Shown: positions 1 to 9,756 of the stretch, piece after piece
Position numbering within the stretch: the stretch's first letter is position 1
Layout: each line of letters opens with the position of its first letter
DNA from: an uncultured bacterium
Lineage (GTDB): Bacteria > SAR324 > NAC60-12
Length of the DNA: 64,000 nucleotides
NCBI GenBank assembly: GCA_965662235.1
Contig: CBFIGY010000001.1
Span: 256,942-320,941 of the forward strand
Direction: 5' to 3'
Made by a program: the position numbers and the translations under genes
Notes under the pieces: model-generated
What the model was told of the DNA's origin: nothing
The model's database searches: none
What the model saw: the letters and a program-made list of their open reading frames with translations, nothing else

Positions 1-521
1 ATGCCGACTGTCACATGGACCTGCTCCAGAACCTTGGGGTCATCTCACATGAAAGCCGGCTTTATCCAGACCTGAGCGCTGAGGAAAACCTGCGTCTCTT
101 CGGAACCCTGCACCGCGCCACTCACCTGAATGAGCGCATTCCGGAAGTTCTGGAAGAGGTCCGCTTGGCACACGTACGGCTGGCTCCGGTCCGGACGTTT
201 TCCAGTGGCATGACCAAACGCCTCATGATCGCCCGGGTGCTGCTGTACCGGCCTCAGCTGCTGCTGATGGACGAACCCTACACCGGGCTGGACCAAAGCT
301 CCGTCCGCTGGCTGCAGGACCTGCTGGTCACCCACCGAAAAAACGGAGGCAGCCTGATTCTGGTCACCCATCAGCTCGACCTTGGACTTGAAGTGGCCAC
401 CCGGGTCCTGCTCCTTCACAAACAGCGGCTGACCCAAGACCTTCCCGTCTCTGAAGTGACCCTGGAAGCCTGCTCCTCCTGGCTGAACGATGGAGTTCAC
501 TACCCACCTCCTGAATCCTGA
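1..521 (+). CDS. ABC transporter ATP-binding protein, C-terminal part (5' end cut by the window edge; CcmA/heme-exporter-like)
   Basis: ORF 15..521 is open to the window start. ABC signature-like FSSGMTKRL is followed by Walker B LLLMDEPYTGLD and an H-loop LVTHQ. Confidence 0.7.
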   Translation, partial: ADCHMDLLQNLGVISHESRLYPDLSAEENLRLFGTLHRATHLNERIPEVLEEVRLAHVRLAPVRTFSSGMTKRLMIARVLLYRPQLLLMDEPYTGLDQSSVRWLQDLLVTHRKNGGSLILVTHQLDLGLEVATRVLLLHKQRLTQDLPVSEVTLEACSSWLNDGVHYPPPES

Positions 522-1668
522 GCACCTTCCCATTGTCCAGCAGGCCGGCCTCTCTGAAGTGCTGCTGGAGCACCGCCTGCTCAGTCGCTTGGGAACGCTG
601 GACACCCCCGAATTTCAGACACTGCTGGACCAGACGCTTGCTGCTGGGCTAACCCCTGTCGTTGTTTGGGATGTGCTGGCGGAACCTACCACGCTGGCTG
701 CTGGCATCCGCACCCTCGACGAACTGAAACTGCCTGCAAACCTGAACCTCCGGGCCCAGGATGCGGGAGTTGCCGAGTGGGTTCGGCTCAACCGCCCCGA
801 TTGGAAGCTCCACTGGCTGGTTGAAGGGAACACACACAACCTCACCGGCCTGAAGCGCTGGGAAGCAGCACTGGCGCCCCAGCTGGTCCGCCTCGTCCTC
901 TCTTCTGAACTTCCGGGCGCGCTTCAGCAGCAATACGCCGAGCAGCTCCAGACGCCCTGCGAAACTCTCGGGGCCGGGCGACTTCTGCTCTTCCACAGCC
1001 CTCGTCCGCTGCTCTCCGCCCTGAACACTACTGTTCCCTACCAGGAACGGCAGATCAGCACCGACGCCCAGGGTCGGCACCCGCATCCAATTGTGGAAAA
1101 CCAGCATGGCACCTTCATGTTTCACAACCGGGACCTCGTCATCCTAGACCGTCTGGCCAGCGTTTCCGCGTTGCACACCCTCCGGCTGGACCTCCGCTTT
1201 CACCCCGACTTCTCCGTGCTTCCTGAGCTGGTCGCGCTCGCTAAGCAGGCCCTGAAGGGTCCGCTTGACGCAGCAGCCTCGCAGCAACTGAGTGATCGGT
1301 GGCCCACGCGAACCACCCATGGCTTCTTCCGGACCAACCGCACAGAACGCCCCATTGAGCGCCTCCGGAACCCCCACCGGCAGATCCGGGACGAACGACT
1401 GGTGGCCTGGGTCGTGGAAGCCGTCAAGCAAGAGCACCTGGCCCTGTTCACACGCCAACCCCTTCAGGAGGGAATGCGCTTGCTGGCCCTCACTCCCAGC
1501 GGCAAGGAAGTGTCGTTCACCCTGGAGTCCCTCCGGAACGCCTCTGGGGCGCCTCAAGCAACCGCCGCTCCGGACACCCTGTGCCTCATCCCGCACCTCA
1601 AGTACCTCACGCCTCGGACGCTGATTTATCAAATCGAAGCCGATTTTCCGCCCGAACACGGGGCATGA
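490..1668 (+). CDS. U32-family peptidase-like protein
   Basis: 392-aa ORF. The segment VVVWDVLAEP...LRAQDAGVAEWV...LHWLVEGNTHNLTGL...LVLSSELP resembles the U32 (PrtC/YhbU) TIM-barrel core by eye. It overlaps the 3' end of the upstream ABC gene by ~30 nt. Confidence 0.45.
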   Translation: MEFTTHLLNPEHLPIVQQAGLSEVLLEHRLLSRLGTLDTPEFQTLLDQTLAAGLTPVVVWDVLAEPTTLAAGIRTLDELKLPANLNLRAQDAGVAEWVRLNRPDWKLHWLVEGNTHNLTGLKRWEAALAPQLVRLVLSSELPGALQQQYAEQLQTPCETLGAGRLLLFHSPRPLLSALNTTVPYQERQISTDAQGRHPHPIVENQHGTFMFHNRDLVILDRLASVSALHTLRLDLRFHPDFSVLPELVALAKQALKGPLDAAASQQLSDRWPTRTTHGFFRTNRTERPIERLRNPHRQIRDERLVAWVVEAVKQEHLALFTRQPLQEGMRLLALTPSGKEVSFTLESLRNASGAPQATAAPDTLCLIPHLKYLTPRTLIYQIEADFPPEHGA

Positions 1669-1792
1669 ATCCCTGCCGCCGCACCAGACTTTGCTTGTAA
1701 GTTCACACGTCCGAAGCTAATTTGGAGCGTTTGAATTCAAGTTTTCCCTTAAGATTCGGGAGCGTCCGCGCACCCACTCTCCAGAACACCTC

Positions 1793-2746
1793 ATGCAAGT
1801 CATCGACTCCGCTGAAGAACGCATCACCCCTGTTCCGGCGGTTGTGACTCTGGGAAATTTTGATGGCTTCCACTTGGGGCACCAGGCGTTGGTTGCTGCA
1901 GTGGTCCGAGATGCCCAGCAGCTCGGTTGCCAGGCAGCGCTGGTCACCTTTGACCCGCACCCGCAGGAGGTGGTTCACACCAACAAGAAGGTTCCCCGGA
2001 TCTGCACTCCTGAGCTGCGACTGCGGGGCTTCAGCCAGTCCGGACTTGACGCGGTTCATGTGATCCCCTTCACTCGAGAGCTTGCCGAGCTGGAGGCTGA
2101 AGAATTTGCACGACGCTTCCTGCTGGAACGCTTTCAGTTGGAAAAGGTGGTGATCGGATATGATTTCCGCTTTGGCAAAAACCGAGGAGGGGACTTCAAG
2201 CTGCTGGAGACGCTCAGCCAGAGCCACTCCTTTGCCCTTGAGGAAGTGCCTCCGGTTCAAGTGGAGCAGCAAACCGTCAGCAGCACGCTGATCCGGCAGT
2301 TGCTGCAGAACTACCAGTTCGGTGAACTCCCGACCTACCTCGGACGTCCGCACAGCCTGCTCGGAACGGTCGTGGCAGGCGAACAGCGCGGCCGGCAGCT
2401 GGGCATTCCAACAGCGAACCTGCTGCCTCAGGTGCCACTGGCCCTGCCCAATGGGGTCTATGCGTCTCGACTCCAGATTGGAGGAAGGGTGCACTATGGC
2501 GTCACCAATGTGGGACAGAAGCCGACCTTTGGGACCCATGCGACCACGGTGGAGACGTGGATTTTTGACTTTGAGGAAGACATCTACGGCGAAACGCTTG
2601 AGGTGTGGCCGATTCACCACCTGCGGGAGGAGCAGAAGTTCTCCAGCCTAGATGCGCTCATTCGACAGATTCATCAGGACGCGGAACAGGCTCAGGAGCT
2701 GCTGGCACACTCAGAAGTGCTTTCCCACCTGTTTCCTGCTCCTTAA
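1793..2746 (+). CDS. ribF: bifunctional riboflavin kinase / FMN adenylyltransferase
   Basis: ATG at 1793. N-terminal VVTLGNFDGFHLGHQALV nucleotidyltransferase motif and C-terminal riboflavin kinase half (PTANLL...GVYA...VGQKPTFG). Confidence 0.9.
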   Translation: MQVIDSAEERITPVPAVVTLGNFDGFHLGHQALVAAVVRDAQQLGCQAALVTFDPHPQEVVHTNKKVPRICTPELRLRGFSQSGLDAVHVIPFTRELAELEAEEFARRFLLERFQLEKVVIGYDFRFGKNRGGDFKLLETLSQSHSFALEEVPPVQVEQQTVSSTLIRQLLQNYQFGELPTYLGRPHSLLGTVVAGEQRGRQLGIPTANLLPQVPLALPNGVYASRLQIGGRVHYGVTNVGQKPTFGTHATTVETWIFDFEEDIYGETLEVWPIHHLREEQKFSSLDALIRQIHQDAEQAQELLAHSEVLSHLFPAP

Positions 2747-2781
2747 CCCCTTCGGCGCGTTAGTGACCTCGGACTCCTGCC

Positions 2782-3411
2782 ATGTCGATCTACTCCGAAA
2801 CCATCCCCATCTTTCCCCTAGGAGGAAGCATTTTGCTTCCGCAGGCCATCTTGCCACTTCACATCTTTGAGCCCCGGTACCGTCAAATGGTGGAGCACGC
2901 CATGAATGAGGAATCGCTGATTGGCATGGTGCAGCCCCTGGATTCAGACTCTGAGGCCCTGCATCAAGTGGGGTGCCTTGGGAAGATTGAAGAGTTTCAG
3001 AAGCTTCCCAACGGCAACTACCTCATTCAGCTCCATGGCATCCTCCGCTTTCAGCTTCTGCACGAGCTGGAGGTCGACACCCTCTTCCGGCAGTTCCGGG
3101 TCAGCTACCAGGACTTTGAAGTGGACCTGAAGGAACCGCAGCCTCCTGACAATCCGGAGCGCCTCAGCCTGGCCTTTCAGGAGTACACCGAAAAGAAGCA
3201 GCTTCAGATTGAGTGGGAAAAGATCCAGTCCATTCCCATGCACTTCCTGGTCAACATCCTCTGCATGAACCTCGACTTTGGGAACCTGGAGAAGCAGGCC
3301 CTGCTGGAGAGTCCAGACCTTGTCAGCCGCACCGAAAACCTCATCACCTTGATGGAGATGGCGGTCGCTGAGGAGTTTCATGGAGACGACCTTTCCAATC
3401 AAATCAACTAA
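2782..3411 (+). CDS. LON N-terminal (substrate-binding) domain protein
   Basis: IPIFPLGGSILLPQAILPLHIFEPRYRQMV is typical of a stand-alone Lon N-domain. 209 aa. Confidence 0.7.
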   Translation: MSIYSETIPIFPLGGSILLPQAILPLHIFEPRYRQMVEHAMNEESLIGMVQPLDSDSEALHQVGCLGKIEEFQKLPNGNYLIQLHGILRFQLLHELEVDTLFRQFRVSYQDFEVDLKEPQPPDNPERLSLAFQEYTEKKQLQIEWEKIQSIPMHFLVNILCMNLDFGNLEKQALLESPDLVSRTENLITLMEMAVAEEFHGDDLSNQIN

Positions 3412-3422
3412 CAAAAACTCGC

Positions 3423-4427
3423 ATGCGTTCATTTCTGCTCAGCCTCCTCCTCCTCAGCACGCCCCTGCTCGCCGGGGCAGAAACCCCCAACGCCTACTCT
3501 TCCAACCCCACTGTTGCCACTCTGGACGGTCAGGCAATCACCCTGGAAACCCTCCGGAACAAACAGATTCAGGACCTGAATCAGCAGCTACACGATGCCC
3601 TCTTTCAGCAGCTGGTCGAGTACAGTGTGACCGAGCTGGCCAAAACGCATGAGGAGATCCAGGCCACTCCGGAGATTGAGATCTCTGATGCCGAAGTCGA
3701 AAGCTTCTACAACCTCTCTGGACTGCAAAGCCGCGGAACCCTGAGTCAGCTGGCTCCCCAGATTCGAGGCTTCATGGAGCAGCAAATGCGGGCAGAGCAC
3801 TTCCGGAAGCAGTATGCCCTTGCCCAGGAGAAGGGATGGGTGACGTCTTACCTGGAGCCGCCATCCGAATTTTTGCTGGAAGCTCAGCTAAAAACCGCCT
3901 ACATTCGGGGCAACTCGGACGCTCAGGTGATGATGCTGGAGTTTTCGGACTACCAGTGCCCGTTCTGCTTGCGGGTGCAGGAGTCGATTCAGAACCTGAT
4001 TGAAGCTTACGGAGACCGGGTTGCCTTCGGGTACCGCCACTTCCCCCTGACCTTCCACACTGAAGCCGATGAAGCCGCCGTGGCGTCGGAATGCGCCCGG
4101 GAGCAGGGCAAGTTTGAGCCCCTGCACGACCTCCTTTACAAGCGCCAGAAGGCTCAGTTCCCCAAGAACCTCAAGGCCTATGGTCGGGAGATTCAGATCA
4201 AGGACGTGGACGCCTACGATACCTGCATTGATGAAGACCGCTACCGCCAGCAAGTCAACCAAGACATTGAAGACGGCATGGCCCTCGGCATCAACGGCAC
4301 CCCCGGATTCATCATTGGGCTCTACGACCCTGAGGCGAAGACGGTCAAAGGGGAACTGCTTTCTGGGGCTCAGCCGTACCAGAAGTTTGTGGAACTCCTA
4401 GAAAAGTACCTGGGACGTCGGTCTTAA
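3423..4427 (+). CDS. secreted DsbA-family thiol:disulfide oxidoreductase
   Basis: Signal peptide MRSFLLSLLLLSTPLLAGA and thioredoxin-fold active site FSDYQCPFCLRV. Confidence 0.7.
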   Translation: MRSFLLSLLLLSTPLLAGAETPNAYSSNPTVATLDGQAITLETLRNKQIQDLNQQLHDALFQQLVEYSVTELAKTHEEIQATPEIEISDAEVESFYNLSGLQSRGTLSQLAPQIRGFMEQQMRAEHFRKQYALAQEKGWVTSYLEPPSEFLLEAQLKTAYIRGNSDAQVMMLEFSDYQCPFCLRVQESIQNLIEAYGDRVAFGYRHFPLTFHTEADEAAVASECAREQGKFEPLHDLLYKRQKAQFPKNLKAYGREIQIKDVDAYDTCIDEDRYRQQVNQDIEDGMALGINGTPGFIIGLYDPEAKTVKGELLSGAQPYQKFVELLEKYLGRRS

Positions 4428-4445
4428 CCCGCCCGCTTCAAGAAA

Positions 4446-5861
4446 ATGGCCATGGAAACTGTAGAAGCCCTGAGGAATTCACTGGAGCAGATTCACGCTC
4501 CACGGGTGCTGGTCCTAGGAGACCTGATGCTGGACCGTTACTCCTGGGGAGCCGTGGACCGCATCTCTCCGGAAGCCCCCATCCCAGTCCTACGGGTGGT
4601 CCGAGAGGATCAGCGCCTAGGAGGAGCAGGGAACGTCATGATGAACCTGGTTGCTCTTGGGGCTCAGGTTCGGGCGTGTGGCCTGATTGGCCAAGATGAG
4701 TCCGGACGCACCATCCGAGAAATTCTGGAGCAGAACCACATTGACGCCTCCGGTGTTTTGGAGTCCGATCAGTACAACACGGTTCTCAAGCACCGGATGA
4801 TCTCTGGGCACACCCACCTGTTGCGGATGGACATGGACCCTGTAAAGGGCTACAGCCTCCCTAGCCAGGAAGAGGCGCAGATCCTGGACTCCATCAAAAG
4901 GCACATCACCGAGGTAGACGCCGTTGTCGTCTCCGACTATGGAAAGGGGCTCCTGACAGAGAACCTGCTCCGTTCTGTTGCCGCCTTGGGCAAGACTCAT
5001 CAGATTCCGGTGGTCGGAGACCCCTGCCGCGGAGTCGATTATGGTGTTTACCAAGACTTCACCCTCATCAAGCCGAACCGCAAGGAAACCGAACAGGCCG
5101 TCGGCTTCAGCCTCAACGACCGGAACAGCATCCTCCGGGCAGCCCAGCACCTCAAGTTTCAGGTGGGTCTTGAGTACGTCGTCATCAGCCTCGACAAGGA
5201 TGGACTGCTCCTCTTCAAGGACCCGCAGACCTTCCAATTCTTTGAGGCGGAGTCTCAGGAGGTCTTTGACGTCGTCGGCGCCGGAGACATGGTCATCAGC
5301 GTGCTCTGCTTCATGCTGGCGGGCAAGGCTCCGATTGAGCATGCCGCCTACTGGTCTCAGCTGGCAGCCAGCATGGAAATCCAGCACGTCGGGGTCGTTT
5401 CCTTTACGAAACCGGAGCTGCTGCACCGGATGGACTTCGGAGAAACATCCTCCAAGATTGTCACCCTAGAGCAACTCTCCCGGCACCTTGCTCAGCAGGA
5501 GCAGCCGGTTGTCTTCACCAACGGGTACTTCGATGACCTCAGCGCCGGGCACCTGAAGTTCCTGCACCAGCTAAAGGTCCTCCGGGGTTTCAACGTCGTC
5601 GCCATCAACAGCGACCGCGTCATCGCCGAACAGAAGGGGCAGCCCCCTTTGCTGAATGAGCGGGAGCGCGCCATGCTGCTCTCTTCCATTGAAGCCGTTG
5701 ACCGCGTGGTGATCTTTGACGAAGCCGATGCCAGCCGTCTGATTGAGCGCATCCACCCGCAGATTGTCGTCAAGGGAGAGCGATACCGAGAGGTCGACCT
5801 TCCGGAAGCAGGCGCCATTGCCGAAGTCAACGCCCGCCTTGAGTACCTCAAGGAATACTAA
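4446..5861 (+). CDS. hldE: bifunctional D-glycero-beta-D-manno-heptose-7-phosphate kinase / heptose-1-phosphate adenylyltransferase
   Basis: N-terminal PfkB-type sugar kinase domain (VLGDLMLDRY...GGAGNV) plus C-terminal cytidylyltransferase domain (VFTNGYFDDLSAGHLKFL). Confidence 0.9.
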   Translation: MAMETVEALRNSLEQIHAPRVLVLGDLMLDRYSWGAVDRISPEAPIPVLRVVREDQRLGGAGNVMMNLVALGAQVRACGLIGQDESGRTIREILEQNHIDASGVLESDQYNTVLKHRMISGHTHLLRMDMDPVKGYSLPSQEEAQILDSIKRHITEVDAVVVSDYGKGLLTENLLRSVAALGKTHQIPVVGDPCRGVDYGVYQDFTLIKPNRKETEQAVGFSLNDRNSILRAAQHLKFQVGLEYVVISLDKDGLLLFKDPQTFQFFEAESQEVFDVVGAGDMVISVLCFMLAGKAPIEHAAYWSQLAASMEIQHVGVVSFTKPELLHRMDFGETSSKIVTLEQLSRHLAQQEQPVVFTNGYFDDLSAGHLKFLHQLKVLRGFNVVAINSDRVIAEQKGQPPLLNERERAMLLSSIEAVDRVVIFDEADASRLIERIHPQIVVKGERYREVDLPEAGAIAEVNARLEYLKEY

Positions 5862-5893
5862 ACCCCACCGTCATCACCTACACGAGAGAGCCC

Positions 5894-7186
5894 ATGAGCG
5901 TCAATATTGAGGATGTCCAACACTTGGTTGACCGTCAGAACCAGTGGCGAGGCCAAGAAGCCATCAACCTCATTGCCAGTGAAAACGTCCAGTCTCCTGC
6001 CGTCAAGCAGATTGAGGCCAACGACTTCATGGGACGTTACGCCGAAGGGCATCCCAATACTCCGGACGCTGACCGGCGTTACTATGAAGGCACTCGCTAC
6101 ATTGATGAGATTGAGGCGATGGCCACCAAGGAGTTTCTGGAACTCGCCGGGTGCAAGCAGGCGGACGTCCGTCCCATCAGTGGCAATGCCGCCAACACCG
6201 CGGTCGCCCTTGCGCTGCTCCGGGGAGGCGACACCGTCATTGTGAACTCCATCGATGTGGGCGGACACATCAGCCACAACCCAATTGGGGTGGTCGGACG
6301 CCGCATTCAGGTCCGGGGGCAGGCACTGCTTCCTGGACGAGACAACTCCATCAACCTGCACTTCTGGCCCACCACAGAGGACGGCTGGCACCTAGACCCG
6401 GCCAAGTGCGTGGACTTGGTGGAGCAGACCAATCCCAACATGGTGCTGCTGGGCAAAAGCCTGTTCCTCTTCCCGGAGCCGGTAAAAGAAATCGCCGAAG
6501 TCTGTCGAGCAAAAGGCATCCCGGTTCTTTACGACGGTGCTCACGTCCTTGGACTGATCCTCGGAGGTCAGTTTCAGAACCCGTTTGCCGAGGGCGCCCA
6601 CTTCATCAATGCAAGCACACACAAGACCTTCCCGGGGCCTCAGCGAGGGGTCATCCTTGGCAACCTAGAAGGTGAGAAAGAGCTCAAGTGGTGGGAAAGC
6701 ATTGACCGAGGAGTCATGCCCGGCTCCTCCAGCAGCCACCACCTGCACACCCTTCCCGGACTGTTGGTCACCATCCGGGAGATGCAGGCCAGCGGAGCTG
6801 CGTATGCCGCTCAAACCGTCCGCAATGCTCAGGCTTTGGGACAGGCGCTTCACGACTCGGGGGTCCAGGTGGAGGCCGCTGAGTTTGGCTTCACCCAGAG
6901 TCACCAGATTGCCCTCAACGTCTCAGCGTATGGTCCCGGAAAGGCCATTGCGCGTCGGCTGGCAGACAACAACATCATCCTCAACTACAACATGCTCCCG
7001 GGTGACACTGATGCTCGCAACCCCACTGGATTGCGGATTGGGGTGCAGGAGATGACCCGCTATGGCATGAAAGAGGGGGAAATGGGAGAACTGGCGGAGC
7101 TGATGAAGGACGTCCTTGAGGGCAAGAACGCAATGGAGGGCGTGAAGCGACTCCGGAGCCGCTTCACTGAGGTTCAGTACTGCTGA
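5894..7186 (+). CDS. glyA: serine hydroxymethyltransferase
   Basis: LIASENVQSPAV...GRYAEGHP and a PLP-lysine region NASTHKTFPGPQ. 430 aa. Confidence 0.9.
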   Translation: MSVNIEDVQHLVDRQNQWRGQEAINLIASENVQSPAVKQIEANDFMGRYAEGHPNTPDADRRYYEGTRYIDEIEAMATKEFLELAGCKQADVRPISGNAANTAVALALLRGGDTVIVNSIDVGGHISHNPIGVVGRRIQVRGQALLPGRDNSINLHFWPTTEDGWHLDPAKCVDLVEQTNPNMVLLGKSLFLFPEPVKEIAEVCRAKGIPVLYDGAHVLGLILGGQFQNPFAEGAHFINASTHKTFPGPQRGVILGNLEGEKELKWWESIDRGVMPGSSSSHHLHTLPGLLVTIREMQASGAAYAAQTVRNAQALGQALHDSGVQVEAAEFGFTQSHQIALNVSAYGPGKAIARRLADNNIILNYNMLPGDTDARNPTGLRIGVQEMTRYGMKEGEMGELAELMKDVLEGKNAMEGVKRLRSRFTEVQYC

Positions 7187-8404
7187 CTATGCCGCCTCCG
7201 CCTGCTGAGACTTCTTGGCACGGTGGAGGTATTGGTTGAGCTTGATCCGGACCAACTGGTCCACTTCCCGGAACTTGAGGTGGAGGTTAAACGCGCCTCC
7301 ATTTCCTACCACTCGCACCACGCTGGCGGCCATCACTCCACGAAGGTTCGCCCGCGCTAGGTGAAACTCCATCACATCTCCAGGCGAGATCTCCGGGTTT
7401 GGCATGGAGTTGATGGTGATCATCATCCCTCCTGCACTCATGTCGATCACCTTGGCGCTCAGCGGGATCCGAGCACCACGCTCGTGCCCAAAGCCCTTCT
7501 CTAGGTCATACTGAGCCTCCTGAATGAAGCTGAAGTCCATCGTCATGCCCAACGGAATGCGCTCCGACTCCCGGATGACCATCTTCCGGATGGAGTCCGT
7601 GTGGCCCAGCACCACTGCTGCATTGCCATCGGTGAGCTGATCCAGCACCCGCACCTGAAACTCATAATCCGCATCGCCCTCTCGTCGCATCTGACAGGAG
7701 ACCTGCGGGAACTGCTTCATGTTCGCCGGACGGCGCTTCACCATCGGAGGCTTGATCATGAAGCGGTCCTCATGCACCTCCAGCACGGTGGTGATGAAGT
7801 TCACCATCTTGTTCTTGTGAACCAGCTGGCACTCCAAACGAACGTTCGGCACCAGCATCTGCGTCAGCAGGAAGGGCACTTCCGGATTCTTGATGTTGAA
7901 GCTGAGGCTGTTCCGGAGCTGGAATATCTTTGGCTGCTTGTCTGGCTTGAAGCGAGGAGAGGACTTATAGGCGGCCACCTGCTGCTCAAATAGCTTCGGA
8001 TCCTTCACCACCGGGAGCAGCTCAACCGGGTCGTCAGTGCCACACAGCTCATGCAGGAAGCTCCGGGTGGTCTCTTCGACCTTCTTGCCCTCAAGCTCCG
8101 AATCCAGCCCCATCTGCGCCTGCTCGTCTGCAATCTGCTCCATTTCCATCTTGGCTTGGCGCTCCCGCAGGTAGCGGATGCCAAAAACGGAACCAATGCT
8201 TCCGAACACCAGAATAAAGAGGGTGATCCAAAAGGAGATGGGCCAGGAGGAAGGCGGTGGCATCGCCTGGAACATGTTCTTGGTTTCCAGGTCAGACAGC
8301 TTCATCTTGTCCTGCGCCTGTGCCGTCAGAGCACTCAGCGACAGCACCAGCAGCAGGGTTCCCTTGTGCAGCAGGGACTCAAACAGACGGCGATTGATGG
8401 TCAT
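7187..8404 (-). CDS. membrane-anchored PilZ-domain c-di-GMP receptor (YcgR-like N-domain plus PilZ)
   Basis: Start trimmed to ATG 8404 (MTINRRLFESLL..., signal peptide), followed by a TM segment WPISFWITLFILVFGSIGSVFGI. The C-terminal PilZ motifs RESER (RxxxR) and DMSAGG (DxSxGG) are present. Confidence 0.65.
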   Translation of the reverse strand: MTINRRLFESLLHKGTLLLVLSLSALTAQAQDKMKLSDLETKNMFQAMPPPSSWPISFWITLFILVFGSIGSVFGIRYLRERQAKMEMEQIADEQAQMGLDSELEGKKVEETTRSFLHELCGTDDPVELLPVVKDPKLFEQQVAAYKSSPRFKPDKQPKIFQLRNSLSFNIKNPEVPFLLTQMLVPNVRLECQLVHKNKMVNFITTVLEVHEDRFMIKPPMVKRRPANMKQFPQVSCQMRREGDADYEFQVRVLDQLTDGNAAVVLGHTDSIRKMVIRESERIPLGMTMDFSFIQEAQYDLEKGFGHERGARIPLSAKVIDMSAGGMMITINSMPNPEISPGDVMEFHLARANLRGVMAASVVRVVGNGGAFNLHLKFREVDQLVRIKLNQYLHRAKKSQQAEAA

Positions 8405-8521
8405 AGGGGCCTCATTTGAAACATTCCCAAGGACAGCAAAGAGCCAACACCGGACGTCTCCGGGTCGCTTGGAGAAAAGAATAGGGAAATCTCTTTCGGA
8501 GTACAAGAACTCTCGGCGAAA

Positions 8522-9364
8522 TCAGCTGACCTGATCGTAGCTGCCGAGCACCCGAATGCGGAACTGAGACTGGATCAGCGACTCCAGGCAGGCGGTCACC
8601 CCAGTTGTGTTGTAGAAGTCCACATAGAAGACGTACGCCCACGGGATGGTCTTGGAGGGGCGAGACTCAAGCCGGCACAGGTTGATGCCGTACTGCTGAA
8701 AGATGCTGAGGAGTTCGTAGAGGAGGCCCGATCGGTCTTCGTGCAGTTCCACAAAGATAGAGGTCTTTCGCCGAGTGAAGTCAAACGATTCCTCGCCCTC
8801 CATGCGACGGACCACCAGAAAACGGGTGGTGTTGTTGGAGTAGTCCTGGATGTCTTCCTGAAAGATCCGGTCCGGGTACTTGTCGGCAAAGGAGGTCGGC
8901 ACCACAGCAGCTCCCCTGAAGTCCGGATCTGCGACAGCGTCCAGGAAACGGACCCCGGAGTCCACGTTGCTGTCGGAAAAGACGCAGCGGGCATGTGGAA
9001 GGTGCTGGGCTAGGAACTGGCTGGTCTGTTCGTACGCCTGAGGGTGTGCGTAGCAGGTTTGCGCCTCATCAGGAGCCCCTTGGAGCAGCAATGCGTACCG
9101 CACCGGCACGATCACCTCTCCAATCACTCGGAGCTGATCCGATACCAACGCATCCTGCACCGGAGCAATGGTCCCGGCCACCGAGTTTTCCACAGGCACC
9201 ACTCCAACGCTCCCGGGTTGCTGCGAGACGTTCAAGACGGCCTCTTGAAAGGTCCGGGTGTAGTGGATCGGGAGGTCGGAAGAAAAGGCGAGGCGCGCCG
9301 CTTCATCACTGAAGGTTCCCTGAGGACCCAGCGTGTAAATGATGGAAGCGGCTTCAGTCATCAT
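8522..9364 (-). CDS. pheA: prephenate dehydratase
   Basis: Start trimmed to MMTEAASIIYTLGPQGTFS. Contains the ESRPSK motif and a C-terminal ACT domain. Confidence 0.85.
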   Translation of the reverse strand: MMTEAASIIYTLGPQGTFSDEAARLAFSSDLPIHYTRTFQEAVLNVSQQPGSVGVVPVENSVAGTIAPVQDALVSDQLRVIGEVIVPVRYALLLQGAPDEAQTCYAHPQAYEQTSQFLAQHLPHARCVFSDSNVDSGVRFLDAVADPDFRGAAVVPTSFADKYPDRIFQEDIQDYSNNTTRFLVVRRMEGEESFDFTRRKTSIFVELHEDRSGLLYELLSIFQQYGINLCRLESRPSKTIPWAYVFYVDFYNTTGVTACLESLIQSQFRIRVLGSYDQVS

Positions 9365-9390
9365 GAGGGGAATAGGAAGGACTCCAACCC

Positions 9391-9582
9391 TCAGGCAGGC
9401 ATTGTGAATCCGGAGCGGATGCACTGCGTGCAGACTCGACTCTTCACGCGGGTTCCGTCTCCAACGGGAATGCGGACCGTTTGCAAGTTCGGCATCCAGC
9501 GTCGCTTGGTCTTGTTATTGGCGTGGCTGACGTTGTTTCCGGTTCCCGGCGTTTTGCCACAAATATCGCACTTGACAGACAT
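9391..9582 (-). CDS. rpmB: 50S ribosomal protein L28
   Basis: 63 aa: [34 protein letters not shown] is the L28 consensus. Confidence 0.9.
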   Translation of the reverse strand: MSVKCDICGKTPGTGNNVSHANNKTKRRWMPNLQTVRIPVGDGTRVKSRVCTQCIRSGFTMPA

Positions 9583-9756
9583 GAGTTGAACTCTCTTCGA
9601 AAGTCTTTAGGTAGAAGTCAAACTTGACATCATAAGACCTAGGTCTGAAAAATCAACCAATTTTTCCGGTAACCGTGGTCGACGGTTGACACGTCACCGG
9701 GGAATTGCCAAGATCCGGAGGCACTCGTTACCCCCAACCCTGACCTCAGACTCACC

